DNA of 60,359 nucleotides, counting the filler, from Dugesia japonica (lineage: Eukaryota): assembly GCA_001938525.1 (NCBI GenBank). It is 6 parts of 6 records of this genome, joined end to end, with 100 filler letters (N's around TTAATTAATTAA, not from the genome) between each part and the next. Parts side by side here need not be neighbours in the genome. Positions count along the whole stretch, not along the records: positions 9,205 to 18,794 come from MQRL01537593.1; positions 18,895 to 27,973 come from MQRL01626912.1; 4 more parts are not named here. One strand, given 5' to 3'. The translations under genes were made by a program, and so were the position numbers. The notes beneath the pieces are model-generated. The model was not told the DNA's origin. It did not search any database and saw nothing but the letters and a program-made list of their open reading frames with translations. Shown piece by piece: positions 13,736-27,127 of this stretch (its first letter is position 1; each line of letters opens with the position of its first letter).

Positions 13736-16489
13736 AAAATTATTTTTGTTTAAACTAAATTATATTAAATAATATAAATAATATAATTAACATAAATTAT
13801 ATAAATTTGTTCGGTAATAAATTTAAAACACGGTATGGATTGGTTTCTAATCCTGTTTATAAATGTGATTGTAATGAGTCTAATGCCATATACATTTAAG
13901 AAACTACTAGTAATCTCTGTGAAAGAACTTACGAACATAGTCTATTACATAATCATAACAATATTACATAACATTATGTTTAATTTAAATCGTTTATAAA
14001 CAATTATTGTAAAATAGTTTTGTGAAGAAACTTTAGAAATTCTTTGAAGAGAATAATTTATGAGACATTATTGATTATATATGTTCATTCATAAATCAAT
14101 ATTCAAACTGGTCTTTCAAAATCTTTATTGGATAATATTATTAAATTTTAAATATTCTTTAACCTGTTGAAAATTATTAAAATTAAAAGATTGATTTTGT
14201 TTAAAATAGAGAAGAAGTGTAATATTAATAAATTAAAAATCCAGTGGTGTATGTATGCTTGCTCGTAAAGCTCAACATTATTCAAAAAATTTCAAAATGT
14301 TTTTTTATTATGGCTTTTAAACTTTAAAAAATTGATATATTAAAAATCCGGCATGCTCACACATACATTAAAGAATGAAACTATTATTATGCTGTTCAGA
14401 AATTTGAATTTGAAAAGTGTTTCTACAATGGCACACGATTAGTGGTTGAGTATCTTTCTCGAAATTCAATCGCTGCTTGATTTGTTTTTGAGTGAAATCG
14501 GGGTAAAGAAGTCATAGTTTATCGAATTATTTTTACATTGTCTTGACATTTGCGTTGTGTCGATTCCCGGTGATTCCGGTGTTCTGAATTATCAGGAACA
14601 AATAGCAAGGTCCTACTTATGACATTTTAACAGTTGACCTGCAACTTTCGGTATTTGGCCACAGCTAACTTTATGTCGCTTGTTTACGAACGCATAATGG
14701 TAACAATATTAAAGTGAATATTTCGCCACCACATTAGCAAGGTTATTTGTTGAAAGACGATCGAGAATTCACTCGAAACGTAGTCTATAATTTATCTTTC
14801 CGTATGTAACGTCAAAGACACGAGTTCAATTAAAATTTCAAATAAAACGATCAAATATAATTTAGCAAAAAATTTTAGCAAAAAAAAACTTAAATAATAT
14901 TTCATAAAATCAGTTTTTCAATATTTAGCAATAAATAAAGAATAATAAATAAGGAAATTAGAAATGCGGAAATAATAATAAAAAGTAGAAATATGAATAA
15001 TCAAAGTAAAATTATATTTTCAANNNNNNNNNNNNNNNNNNNNNNNNNNNNNNNNNNNNNNNNNNNNNNNNNNNNNNNNNNNNNNNNNNNNNNNNNNNNN
15101 NNNNNNNNNNNNNNNNNNNNNNNNNNNNNNNNNNNNNNNNNNNNNNNNATCAATGTGATATTTAAACAATGATTTTCTTAATCTAATTGTTTGTTCTTCA
15201 TTTCCAGATTCTTTACAATTTATTTTGTATAAATCATTTACTGTAAATTTGATATTCATTTCACAATTATTAATTAATATTCTATTAAATATTTAATTTA
15301 AACAAATTATTTAATTAAAAATTGATATTTAAGTATTATTTAATAATTTAACTTTTTCTGAAATATAACTAAAAATAATTGTAAATAAAATGAAATCAAA
15401 AATAATATTTTTTTAAATAAAAATATAGTTATTACTTAATTAAATATTTTATTTTTAAAATTTATATTAACAAAATTTTTATAAATTATTTAAAAATATA
15501 CAATTTCAAGAATAATTTAAAACATTTAATGAAGTAATAAATATATTTTATATTGTTTTAAAACAGTAATTATAATTTTTAGTTTTTTAAGAAAAATAGC
15601 GAATAAAAAAATTAACAAGAGTTAAAGATTTGAAGAATAATTAATATTATGATTATTGAAGAATGAATTATTATTTGATTTATTTTTAAAGTCTTTTTAA
15701 ATAAATAAATTAAAATTGTTTAAAGTTTTGTGTATAATAAAAAAATATTAACTTTTATTAAAAAAATTGATTTTCAAGAAAAAATTAAACAAGAGATATC
15801 GATTAACTACAATTAATATTTATAAATAACAATAAATTCTTTAAAAGAAGTTTTTATTAAATTAAAAATTTATTAAAATTAAAATTTTTTAAGTTAAAAT
15901 TTTTTTCCAAATTGCAATTATTTCGAGAATAATTGTTGGACATAATCATGGTTTTTATTTTGATTTCGAATCGTTATCCAATATCAATAAAAAAAAAAAT
16001 TTTGATCAAAGCTTTTATATGAAATTAAAATTTTTATTTATATTTTTGATTTCTTACTGACAAGATCGTATCTTTTTTAAAAAGATACAGAATTGCCCTC
16101 AAAATATTCTTAAATTTATAAATAATTATAGAGCCTTTGTGTAAACATTTAACAATATACAAACTAAGTAACACCCGTAAAAATAGTGTATCGTAAATGA
16201 AATGTTAGAAGTCTAAAAATTCCACAATGGTCTGAAAAATACACTAAATTTTAAGAATTCTAAAAATAATAATAAATTGAAATAAAATTTATTTTTAATT
16301 CAATAATTCATTAAAAATATTTTTGTTAATTTCTAAAATACAAAATTATTATTTATTGTTGTCTTGAATTTTCCTAAATAAAATTTTCCATTATTCTTAA
16401 CTTATGTGATAATTGATTAAACTAGTGTTCTTGATATATTACTTGATAAATGCACTTTGATATTCAATATGCTTTCAATGAAATTATTA

Positions 16490-18218
16490 ATTATTATGCG
16501 ATTTGAAAAATTTCAAAAAGCAAATCATAAATTTGCTATTACTGTGGATGAATGGACAGGTTGCACCATCTTACGTTAATTAAACGTAACAGTTCATGTA
16601 GTTAGAATGGAATCAAATAAAGTTGATTGCTATGTACTGTGTTTAATGGAAATAGTTAAGCAGGGAAATGAAGAAACTATTAAATATTCATTTGAAGCTA
16701 AGTTAGCAAACTTTAGCATTTCTTTAAAAAGCGATGTTGTTGCATCAACTAACGATACAGCAGCTGTAATGNAAAAATACGGAAACATTTTAAATGTTTT
16801 AAATCATCTTTGCCATAATTATGCACTCGATATGGCCGTAATGGATTGTTTTTATATACCAATAAATTCTACTCCTAATCAATCTTTAGACTTGGATGAT
16901 ATCGAAAACTTTGTTGATGATAAAATTTAAGATGATGTAGAAGAAGATTTCAGAGAAGATCTGTATTCGGATAACAATTTAGAGTTAGTTGAAGAAAATA
17001 AAGATGTTATGACATTGAGTATTGATTTTGGTCAAATTATTAACAGGTTAAGAGATGTTATAAGAATGTTTAAGAAATCATCTTTAAAGCACTCTATTTG
17101 GCAACAAAATATAGTTAAAAAAATGGGTAAAAACTGAAGTTAAAATAAGACATCAAAACAAGAGGGAATTCTTTGATTGCAATAATTCTACAATTTTTAA
17201 TTTTTTCAAAATGTGTCAAAGAATCCTTAGTGAAATTGAATTTAGAACAAATTTCAGACCATGATTTTTTCGTTCTACAAAACCTTGTTGATGTTCTTTA
17301 ACCAGTTGAAACTGCCATTAGTGAATTTAGCAAGAATGATGCAGATCTCATAACAGTTCAGCGAGTTTACAAATTTCTGTTAGAAAATTTGCAACCTATC
17401 ACACAAACTCTTGGCTACTGATAGATTTAAAACACTTTCTTTTGCGAGCTTTTTAAGTCTTCCATCATCTTTAAAGTTGCCAATAGTTGCTTTGATCCTC
17501 ACAAAGTGCTCAGCATAGTACTTCACAGCATTCAACTAAGTTGNNNNNNNNNNNNNNNNNNNNNNNNNNNNNNNNNNNNNNNNNNNNNNNNNNNNNNNNN
17601 NNATGCTTTATTATAAAATCAAAAAACAAAGAACTTTTTAATTTTTTAAAAATAGTTTTTGGTATTATTTCAGTATCTTAGAATTATCAATGATAATTAA
17701 TGAGAGTATATATTAAAAACAATTAAGTGTATATAATTAAAAGGTGTTGATTTTCTATCGTATGACGTATATTAATTTGATAATTTTTTGAAATTTTGAC
17801 TGGTCAAAAATATTTTTGATCCTTTGAAATATCTTTTGACAATTTTGACTTTATAAATTTTAAAATAAGAATCGTTTTTGTAGTCCAAGATGTTTTGACA
17901 TATTATTAACAAGATTTTAGTAATTTAAGATTCAATTGACTTTATTGACAAAAAAAGCCCTAAATATTAATAATGAAACAATTAATAAATATAATGAACT
18001 GGAAAATGAATTTCACAACTGAATTAACTGAAAGAAAACGGCTGACAACGCTGGATATCTTATATAACACATTGATTACTATACGACCTACCTCAACAGC
18101 ATTTGAAAGAGTGTTTTCAACAGAATATGCAATAAAATCGAATAGGAGATCAAAATTAAATGTAGAAACTTTCAATTCCTTTCTATGTTTAAAATATATA
18201 TTTAAAATAAATAAATAA
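16490..18218 (+). pseudogene. hAT transposase remnants, with an unrelated minus-strand hAT fragment at ~17402-17543
   Basis: KFAITVDEWT, VVASTNDTAAVM...LCHNYALDMAV and DIKTRGNS. C-terminal dimerisation motif LITIRPTSTAFERVFS...RRSKL (ORF 17973-18218). Minus-strand piece LNAVKYYAEHF. Confidence 0.8.
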
Positions 18219-18794
18219 AATATGTAGATAACTAATAGTATTGTGCTATCTTCTTTTTTATAGCTTTTTATTAAAACTTCCCGTTTCAGATACAACTAAC
18301 CTTCGTAGCACTGATTAATCACTGATTAATCACTAACTGATACAAATCAGTATAATCAATTTTGATGTTCGCATTAGCTCTATAAAAATAAATAAAAAAA
18401 TATTAAACTGTTTTTTAATAATTTTATTACTATTATATTTATTTTGATAATCTTCTTTAAAGTTTTAGTAAATTATTCGAATAATCAAATAATCGAAAAT
18501 AAACAAAAACAAAAATATTGATAAAAAGTTAAACCCTCCCTTCATATATTCCTGGCTACGCTAATGAATCAATGTACATGTTGATTTTCACTTCATAATA
18601 TTATCAGTTATATTTGAGAATTAAAAAGTTTTTAGTCATATTTTTATTTGTTCTAATACTAGTTTATTATCTTTGAAAATTATTTATGAATTATGTCTAT
18701 TACAGTAAATTAAAATAATATAACATTAAACGTTGCGAAGGGGTAAACTGTAATTTTACAAAAGACAGAATTTTAGAGTAGGCCAATGATAACC

Positions 18795-18894
18795 NNNNNN
18801 NNNNNNNNNNNNNNNNNNNNNNNNNNNNNNNNNNNNNNTTAATTAATTAANNNNNNNNNNNNNNNNNNNNNNNNNNNNNNNNNNNNNNNNNNNN
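18795..18894. other. Artificial contig/scaffold linker
   Basis: 44N-TTAATTAATTAA-44N. Confidence 0.95.
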
Positions 18895-18936
<42 letters not shown>

Positions 18937-18985
18937 TAAGAAATGATAATGATAAATAATAATAATATATTGAACGAAATTTTAC

Positions 18986-19588
18986 CTGAAAAACGACAAA
19001 ACATAATTCAATTATGTGTAAAGCTCTTTCAAACGGAGAAATGATCATTTCTGTGGACAACAAAAAAAAGAAAATTGCCGGTAATTGTACAAGTAATGTC
19101 AACAACCAAAATCCAGCAAATTCTGGAATCTAAATATGAATTAACTAAGTTAAGAATTAATTTTGGCACCTTCTCCGCTAAATTACCGGAATATCCAGCA
19201 ATTAATCTTGTAACTTCTAAAATTGTATACAAAATAAATAGAGCCACATTTATCACTCTATAAATATCAGACATTTTCGAAAACTAATAATTTTTTAAAA
19301 CAATATTAATTTGAGAAATTTAAATTGGAACTTCTTGTTCAAGTGTTAGACACATTCCGATGAACCAAAATGGAAAATAAAATGCATTGAAATACAAGGA
19401 AATTTGCAAAGGTAAATTTGAATGATATTCGAATCCTATGATTTCAGGAATGAGTTTTATTTAATAATTATAATTTATTATTAACCAGTTTTATTTTTTT
19501 GTAATCTTTGTTTCTCAAGATCAGAATCTGAAACTGGAAATATATAATTAATCAAATTATCACTGGACTTCTTTCTTTTGTCAATCAT
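18986..19588 (-). CDS. TMEM17: Transmembrane protein 17 (ciliary transition-zone protein); coding exons 19588-19486, 19435-19332, 19283-19170 and 19129-18986; 3' exon missing at contig end
   Basis: Phase-consistent GT-AG splicing (introns 50, 48 and 40 nt) gives MIDKRKKSSDNLINYIFPVSDSDLEKQRLQKNKTGFEYHSNLPLQISLYFNAFYFPFWFIGMCLTLEQEFSKMSDIYRVINVALFILYTILEVTRLIAGYSGNLAEKIPEFAGFWLLTLLVQLPAIFFFLLSTEMIISPFERALHIIELCFVVFQ. This carries the TMEM17 motifs LPLQxSLYFN, RLxxGYxGNLxEK, AGFWLL and PxERA. Confidence 0.92.
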
Positions 19589-20259
19589 TTTTCTAAAATA
19601 TAATTTTAAAATTCCAATTAGTTTTATCAATAATATATTTTAATAATTTTCATCATAAATTTTTGTATCCAAGTAATTTGAATAATTTGATTTATAATTA
19701 GACTATGATTTGTATTTTAAACAATTAAAATTTAACATTAAGGAAAAACTAATTAAAAAAAGATTAAGAAAAAAATATTACCTTAACCTTCTCTTTCAAA
19801 TTTTAAATTAAAATATACTTTAATTAAATTATGAAAAATGAAGTAACTTAATTAATTTTTAAATAATGAAGACTCGATTTCTAACAGGTTCTTAGAATTC
19901 TATGAAAGTTCTAATATTTTACAAAATATTTATCGACTTTTTTAATGTTTCTCATAGTGTTAGTAAGGAATAAATTTTATATTATTAACCAAAAATTGTT
20001 TAAATAGAAATTTTTAAAATTTGCAAATAAAAATAAATTTTATTGATTAAATTTAATACTGAAAATTTATAGAAATTACATGGTATATTTTGAAATAAAT
20101 TTAATGAAAAAGAAAATAATAATTAAGCAATAAATAACACTTGTATTATTAATACTAAATTCTAACTTCGGTAATAATGTCGTCCAATATTTCTGACTAC
20201 ATTTCAAATTTTTTGGTATCATAATCATGTCAAACTGATCATCACTTCCACCAAACCAC

Positions 20260-21364
20260 TCCACTGGAGTTGATATGGGGAACTAAATTGATGTATAATT
20301 TCCAATTTCCCCAGTTTATTCGCCATCGTGGAACTTTCAAACATTTTACCTTTATCTGTCAGAATGGATTTTTATTTACCAAAACAATATATTCATCTGT
20401 TTAAAATTATCATAAAATTTGTCTCATCATCCATTTATGAAACTGATGATAAGCTCAATAGTTTGCTAAAAAGATTAATAATTACTACAATATATTTTTT
20501 TCCTGACTGTCTTTAGTAATGGTCCAGGAATANNNNNNNNNNNNNNNNNNNNNNNNNNNNNNNNNNNNNNNNNNNNNNNNNNGAAATATTTGACCAAAAA
20601 TCATCTGAACCAATAAAAAATTGACCAACCCAAGAAGATAATAGACCCAATCGCCCAAATATTACCTAAACTAACCAATCCTGAGGAAAAATTAGACCAA
20701 ATTCACCTAAAGCTATAAAAAATTGACTAAATTTAAACTAACCGAGAAAAATCCCAACCAAATTCACCTGGACCAATCAAAAATCGACCTCATTCCACCT
20801 CACCGAGAAAATTTTCGACAAAACAACTTAAAACCAATCAAAATTCGACCTCATCCACCTCACCGAGCAAATTCCTAACTAAAAAGCCTATTAAAAAAAA
20901 ATATTCCCATCTAAATACACAGGAAAAAATCCATAGTCTGTTCAAAAAATTTGAAGAACAAAAAAAAAATTTGAACCATAAAAAATTTATTGGAACAAAA
21001 TAATTTATGCCACAAAAATTTTTGCCAGCGGGGGGGGGTGGGGGTGCCTTCTTTAAAAAAGTCAATAGTGGCAATGCGCCACTATCTACCTTCCACTGGA
21101 GTCTATATGGGGAACTAAATTGATGTATAATTTCCAATTTCCCCAGTTTATTCGCCATCGCGGAACTTTCAAACATTTTACCTTTATCGGTCAGAATGGA
21201 TTTTTATTTACCGAAACAATATATTCATCTGTTTAAAATTATCATAAAATTTGTCTCATCATTCATTTATGAAACTGATGATAAGCTCACTAGTTTGCTA
21301 AAAAGATTAATAATTACTACAATATATTTTTTTCCTGACTGTCTTTAGTAATGGTCCAGGAATA
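20260..21364. repeat. ~270-bp direct duplication of the Gypsy integrase tail (20260-20532 / 21092-21364)
   Basis: Near-identical copies, about 7 substitutions by eye. They flank an N gap and a Polinton-like TIR. Confidence 0.9.
20583..21091. mobile_element. Polinton-like terminal region inserted in the Gypsy integrase
   Basis: Internal repeats GACCAAATTCACC and GACCTCATTCCACCTCACCGAG, then a G run (21030-21045), ending GCGCCACTATCTACCT. Homologous to the reverse complement of ~36700-36870. Confidence 0.65.
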
Positions 21365-24300
21365 ATAATTTTTTATCCATAAATTATTTCATACGGTGAT
21401 ACTCTAGTTGCCTTTTGTTGTGTTGCATTTATTGAAAATTGAATTTGAGTTATAAGCTTATCCCAACTAACTTCTTCACATGCACTTTTTATTGTAGTGA
21501 CAATCATATCACGTAGAGTCCTGATCGTTCTTTCTGGCAATCCGTTTGATTGATGTTGGTATGAAGACGAAAACTCTTGGTTAATTCCAAATTTCTGAGT
21601 CATTCTTTTCACCAATTTTCCTTCAAATATCTTGTCTCTATCTGTCAGTATGGATTTGGGCTTGCCGAATCTATATATCTCTTTTATTTTTCTACTACAG
21701 ATTTTTCGTCTTGTTTTGCCATGGCTGACAAGCTAACAAGTTTGCTGTATCTATCTATAATGACTAAAACATACTTCTTCTTTAACGTCGATTCATCAAA
21801 ATAAGCTGCATCAATGAAAATCTGTACTAACGCTCCAAATTCGGTTCGATATAATAGAAATTCTTTTGTTTTATCTGTATGTTTTTCTTTGATTACAAAT
21901 TAAGCCTTTTTTAACTCATGTTCAATATTTCTAAACATATCTAGCCAAAAATAAGTTGTTTGAATATATTCAGTTAATTTTCTCGTGCCCAAGTGACATA
22001 ATTCTTTTTGAATATAATTTATTAAATCCGTCACTGATTTACCTACTAAAACAATCCTCTTCGTATTTTTTATCAACAAACAATAATATATATTCTTCCA
22101 TAACAAATTTATCAATCTCTCCAAAGTATTTATTTTTTTTTAGATTTTTACTAACTTGTAAACTTTTATCTTTAGTATATTCAATTATCTCTTTGGTAAT
22201 TTGATCATTACTTTGAATTTTTATGATAATTTCTTTATCATAACTTGAGCTTTCTTCAATATTTATTCTTCTAACTCTAGATTTTTCACCTTTTACGTCG
22301 TGATGAGTCGTCAAACATTGAGCACACAAACTTTCTGCAATTCTTGATAATTAATCAGCATTTTCATGATCAATGCCTTTACAAAAATGAAGATCAAAAT
22401 CAAATTCTGCTAGGTTTGTAATCCACGTCTGGAACTGTAAACTAATTGGTTTACTTGTTTTCTTCATAAATACTAATGCCTTATAATGAGTTCTGGCTAT
22501 GAACCTTTTTCCGTAAAGATAATGCTTGAAATGAATCATAAATTTGTGTAACGCCAATATTTCGTTTCTGGTTACATAATAACCCTTTTCATGATCAGTT
22601 AAATTACGAGCAATAACAGTTTCCCCACCATCCCTCGACAATTGACTCAAAATAGCACCAATTGCATTGAAACTTGCATCTGTATCTAATATCATTTTGC
22701 TTTGAGGATTTGGAAATGCCAAGATTGGAGAACTAAATAATTTTTCTTTTAGTAGTTTAAAACTGCTGCCACATTCTTCAGTCCACTTCATGACTTCTTT
22801 TGATCCAGTTACTGCTGCATATAGTGAACTGGCACTTGTTGCGTAATCTTTAAAAAACCTACGATAATAATTTGCCAATCCTAAGAAGGTTCGAATTTGG
22901 GTTGAACATTTTGGAATAACAGTCTCTTTTACTTTATTAATAATGCCATCATTTGTTTCAACACCTTTAAAACTGATTGTATGACCAAGTAATTTGAGTT
23001 TTGATACATTAAATATACATATTTCAGGATTTATTTTGAGACCAGATTGCTCAANNNNNNNNNNNNNNNNNNNNNNNNNNNNNNNNNNAATTTCTTGTGT
23101 CTGACCAAAAATTAAAATGTCATCAAGATAAACGAGCACTTCAGTAAATAACATCTCGTTGAAACGTTTTTGCATTAACTCTTGAAAGGTTGCAGGAGCA
23201 GTGCATATTCCAAGCGGCATGTGATTGAAACCAAATTGTACCATTTTCGTGCTGAAAGCTGTTTTTAATTTTGACTTATCCTTTAATAAAATTTAGTAAG
23301 ATCGATTGATGAGAAAAACATAGAGCCATTTAATGTATCCAATAACATATTTATATCTGGAACAGGAAATGAATAATTTTCAGTTACNNNAATTCTATTT
23401 CCTAAAATCAAGGCACATTCTGAGAGAACAATCTTTTTCTGGAACAATTACTAATGGAGAATTCCATGGACTTCAACAAAATTTTATTACATTTGATTAT
23501 AATAGATTTTGTATTAATTCGTCTATCTTGTCATCTAAATGCATAGGTTGTCTTCTTAGATTTATCAATACGGGTTCTCCTTTAGTTTCTATATTATGCA
23601 TTGTTATATTTGTTAACCCTACATCAAATTTTGAATTCATAAAAATGTAGTCAAATTTATCAAGTAATTCAATTATTCTATTGCTGGCATTTAGCTTGAG
23701 AGGTATTCATTTTTTTATTACTATGTTTCTTATTTTTGCATATTACATATTTTGAATCTATGAAATTGATCTTTTTATTCCAATTCCAAACGCTTCCATT
23801 GTATCCATACCACCAATAAAATTTGGAAAAATGTCTTTAACAATGATTAATTTTTTCTCTATATGCTTTTTATTACAATATAATTTAATTCTGGCTTTTC
23901 CTATGAATCGTTTACTTTTCTCAGAAAGTACTCCAGCTAACATTACATTTCAAAATTGAATTTTTGGTGAACCAATCTTCTTCCAAATGTCTTCACTCAT
24001 CACTGAGACAGATGCTCCAGAATCCCATAACATCTCTACACTAATTCCATTACAATTTACACGGCTCCAATTTCTACCATCACGTTTTTGATACATCATC
24101 TTAACATCAAGTTTTCTATCAATATTTCGATTTTTCTCTTTAAAATTCTTTAATGCATCCTCACTGATGAGATGGACACAGCGGGTTGCTGGACATTTTT
24201 TTCATTATTTTCTAAGATATTTATTTATCATGTTCAAAATAAATTAATGAGTCACATTCATTTTAAAGATTCTTCACTATCTTGTTCTGCTATAAATAAT

Positions 24301-25874
24301 ATTCTTTGATTAATGTGCCATCTTTGTAATAATTTCACAATTTCTGAAAGCATGGTCTTCTTTACCACATATTAAACACCTATTTTTTAAAGGACAGTTA
24401 TTATTCTATGATTTATTTCTCCACAGCAAAAACAAGCACCAGGCTGTAGGCATTCGACTCTTGAAGGTGTTTTANNNNNNNNNNNNNNNNNNNNNNNNNN
24501 NNNNNNNNNNNNNNNNNNNNNNNNNNNNNNNNNNNNNNNNNNNNNNNNNNNNNNNNNNNNNNNNNNNNNNNNNNNNNNNNNNNNNNNNNNNNNNNNNNNN
24601 NNNNNNNNNNNNNNNNNNNNNNNNNNNNNTTTGTGATGAAAATATTGTCCTCTGTAATCACTTCCTATTTTATTGTATTTTGGTTCAAAAGCTGGTTTGT
24701 TAACTACACTGGCATAGCTTTCGTTGACAATATTGACATTACCTTTTGCTACAAATTTATCGGGGTTTGCAGCCAATTCTCGACGTTTTTCGTCATTTAA
24801 CTCTAGTTGAAGTGCAAAGAATACATTTAACTTTTCACTTTTTAATCCATTCAGAATAAAAGCTCTTGATATTTCCTCTGATGATCGTTTGATTTCAAAT
24901 ATATCGTGGACTTTTATCTCGAAATTTTGATATTTTTCATCAATCGGCAAGTTTTTCAATTAGCGATCTATTATTAATAAATGTTGATCAAAGCCAACTT
25001 TCGCACTTTTCATTTGTATTGGAGTCCTTATTTGTGTTCTTTTTATGCTACAATTCCTTGGCATCACATCGTAATAGCATATCAAATGCAAAAGAAATTC
25101 CCATTTGATTAAATATGGCAAATTCATTGGCGGTTTGAATCCAATCTACTGCAGTATCTGAAGAATTATAATAAAATGTAGGATTCGGAATAAGCATTTC
25201 TCGAGTAGTTTTTGTTACATTTTTAAAAATCTTTTGTCGCTCTTCTTTCCTTTGCCTAGTAATGGCACTAACTTCTACGTGGTCGCCAGTTAGATTTTGT
25301 AATTCAAAGGTAGACATTTTCAAAGTTTATTAAAATTAAATAAATCAAAATTATTTTAAAAAAAAGTTTAAATATTATATCTAACAATAAATAATAAACA
25401 TACATAGAAATATATGCATAAACGTATATATACTTTCAATATCATTNNNNNAAAAAACAAAATAAAATAAAAATACATAACATATACCATTATTTTAACA
25501 TTTAAATCTTAACACTTAACAAATCTTACTCATTGATTTATATTATCGCTGAAATATTTAACAAACAGATAGAATTAATACAACTACCTAATAGTTATAC
25601 GATGTGTCCAAACTTCAAAGACCACCAATTTATAGTTTCTAGCCAATTTTTCTTATAATCATATTTGCTTTATTTACCGATCACTACTTATGGAGATTAA
25701 TCAAAAATTATTATGTATTGTCATTTATTTGTTAATTTTTATATTATAAAAATTTCAATTAAAAAAAATATTTATTTCTTTTATTTGATTATTTTAGTTT
25801 TATTATATTCTTAAGTATTTATTTAAATTTAGTGGAATCAAAATAAATAGATTTTCGAAGATTACATATAAATA

Positions 25875-27127
25875 TTGGTTTGTGAAATAAGTTCTGCATT
25901 ATTTCCATCAAAATTAAAAGTCGAAGTTATAAAATATAAATCTTTATTTTATTCACAAAAATATTCATCCCTGTTGCATATTACCTGTTGCCAAGGTTAC
26001 CAGCTTCATAAAAACTTTGGGGGGTTTTTTGTAAAAAATCTCTCCAAACACTCCTTGACATCCTCTATTGAATAAAATCGTTGTGTGTTCAAATTATTTT
26101 GAAGCAACCTGAATAGATAGAAATCCGAAGGTGGTAGATCAGGTGAGTGCGATGGGTTCTGTATTGCTTCAAAACCGAGATTCTTTAGTTTGCGTTTGGT
26201 AGCCAAAGCAATATGTGGTTTAACGTTGTCCTGGTGAAATACCACATTCTTTCTTTTCACCAATTCTGGAAGTTTCTTCAGCATCGCCTCCTATATTGTT
26301 TTTTAAGTGGTCGCAGTATTTCTCCGCATTAATAGTCTGACAATTTGGAAGCAGTTTGTAATAAATAATTCCTTTCCCATCACACTCAATGCATAACATC
26401 ATCTTCTTGGAAGGAAAATCTGATTTGGCTACTTATGACTACTCACCTGGACTACACCATGACCACCGACGCTTAATGTTGTTGAAGACAGCTCATATTT
26501 TGTCCACGGTTATCATCCGCTTCAGAAATAGGTCCAATGAATTCAATTTTCAGAGATATTCAAACTGCAATCCGATTAAAAATGTTCTCTTCGGACAACT
26601 CATGCAGGGCCCAAATATTCATATTTTTATCATCCCAAGAATTTGTAAGCGCTTCACAACTGTAGAATACTCAATAACTAAGCTTTGCGTTATTTTTCGT
26701 TTTGAGATATGTCGGTCTGCTTTGATTGCGGCCAAGATTTCGTCGTCATTAGTGGTGACAGGTCGACCTTTTCGGNCACTATCTCGGAGACTGAAATTCC
26801 CAAAACATGCAAATTATATCTCGCCGGTAACAGAGTTTATGGTTAGGTCAATATATACATGGCGTTTTTCACGAAGCGCTTCTGCTCCATTTACCTTTTT
26901 TTGAAAAAAGAGTAAATAATGCCTAAAATACTGCATTAAATATTCAGTTTGATTTGCTTCATTCATTCTGAAATTACGAATATTATAAGATATTTCTGCT
27001 ATACAACTAAATTATCCACAAATTTACAGGGATATTATTGAAACGATTTGGGATTAATAATTATTTCAATAAAATTTGTATTTGAATTTAGTAATTGAAA
27101 ATAATGTAAAACATATTCACAATCCAA
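25875..27127 (-). mobile_element. mariner (DD34D) transposon, full length, decayed
   Basis: TA flanks. TIRs TTGGTTTGTGAAATAAGTTCTGCATTATTT and AAAATAATGTAAAACATATTCACAATCCAA. Motifs KMMLCIECDGKGIIYYKLL, FHQDNVKPH and PSHSPDLPPSDFYLF. Confidence 0.92.

Larger units (their letters stand above)
10925..14215. repeat. Long diverged inverted repeat (~400-bp arms); left arm split by a mariner-superfamily insertion
   Basis: 10925-11121 plus 12392-12590 is the reverse complement of ~13798-14215. Examples: AAAGATTTTGAAAGACCAGTTTGAATATT vs AATATTCAAACTGGTCTTTCAAAATCTTT, and GTAGTTTCTTAAATGTATGTGGCATTA vs TAATGCCATATACATTTAAGAAACTAC. Confidence 0.8.
20070..25323 (-). mobile_element. Ty3/Gypsy LTR retrotransposon internal region (gag-PR-RT-RH-IN), decayed; LTRs not resolved
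   Basis: gag with CCHC knuckles (CFCCGEINH, CLICGKEDHAFRNC). Protease MLWDSGASV (~24005-24035). RT MPLGICTAPATFQ...YLDD. RNase H ILDTDAS. Integrase ELCHLG...YFW and SSYQHQSNGLPERTIRTL. Gypsy domain order. Confidence 0.93.

Noticed and set aside
217-19588. X-box cluster as the regulator of ciliary gene TMEM17
   Set aside because: About 19 kb apart, downstream of the gene and separated by two artificial linkers.
20260-21364. Direct repeats as Gypsy LTRs
   Set aside because: They are integrase coding sequence, lack TG...CA ends and do not flank the element.
26389-26904. 171-aa plus-strand ORF (also 43704-44084, 21956-22204, 34589-34819)
   Set aside because: Antisense shadows of transposase or pol sequences.
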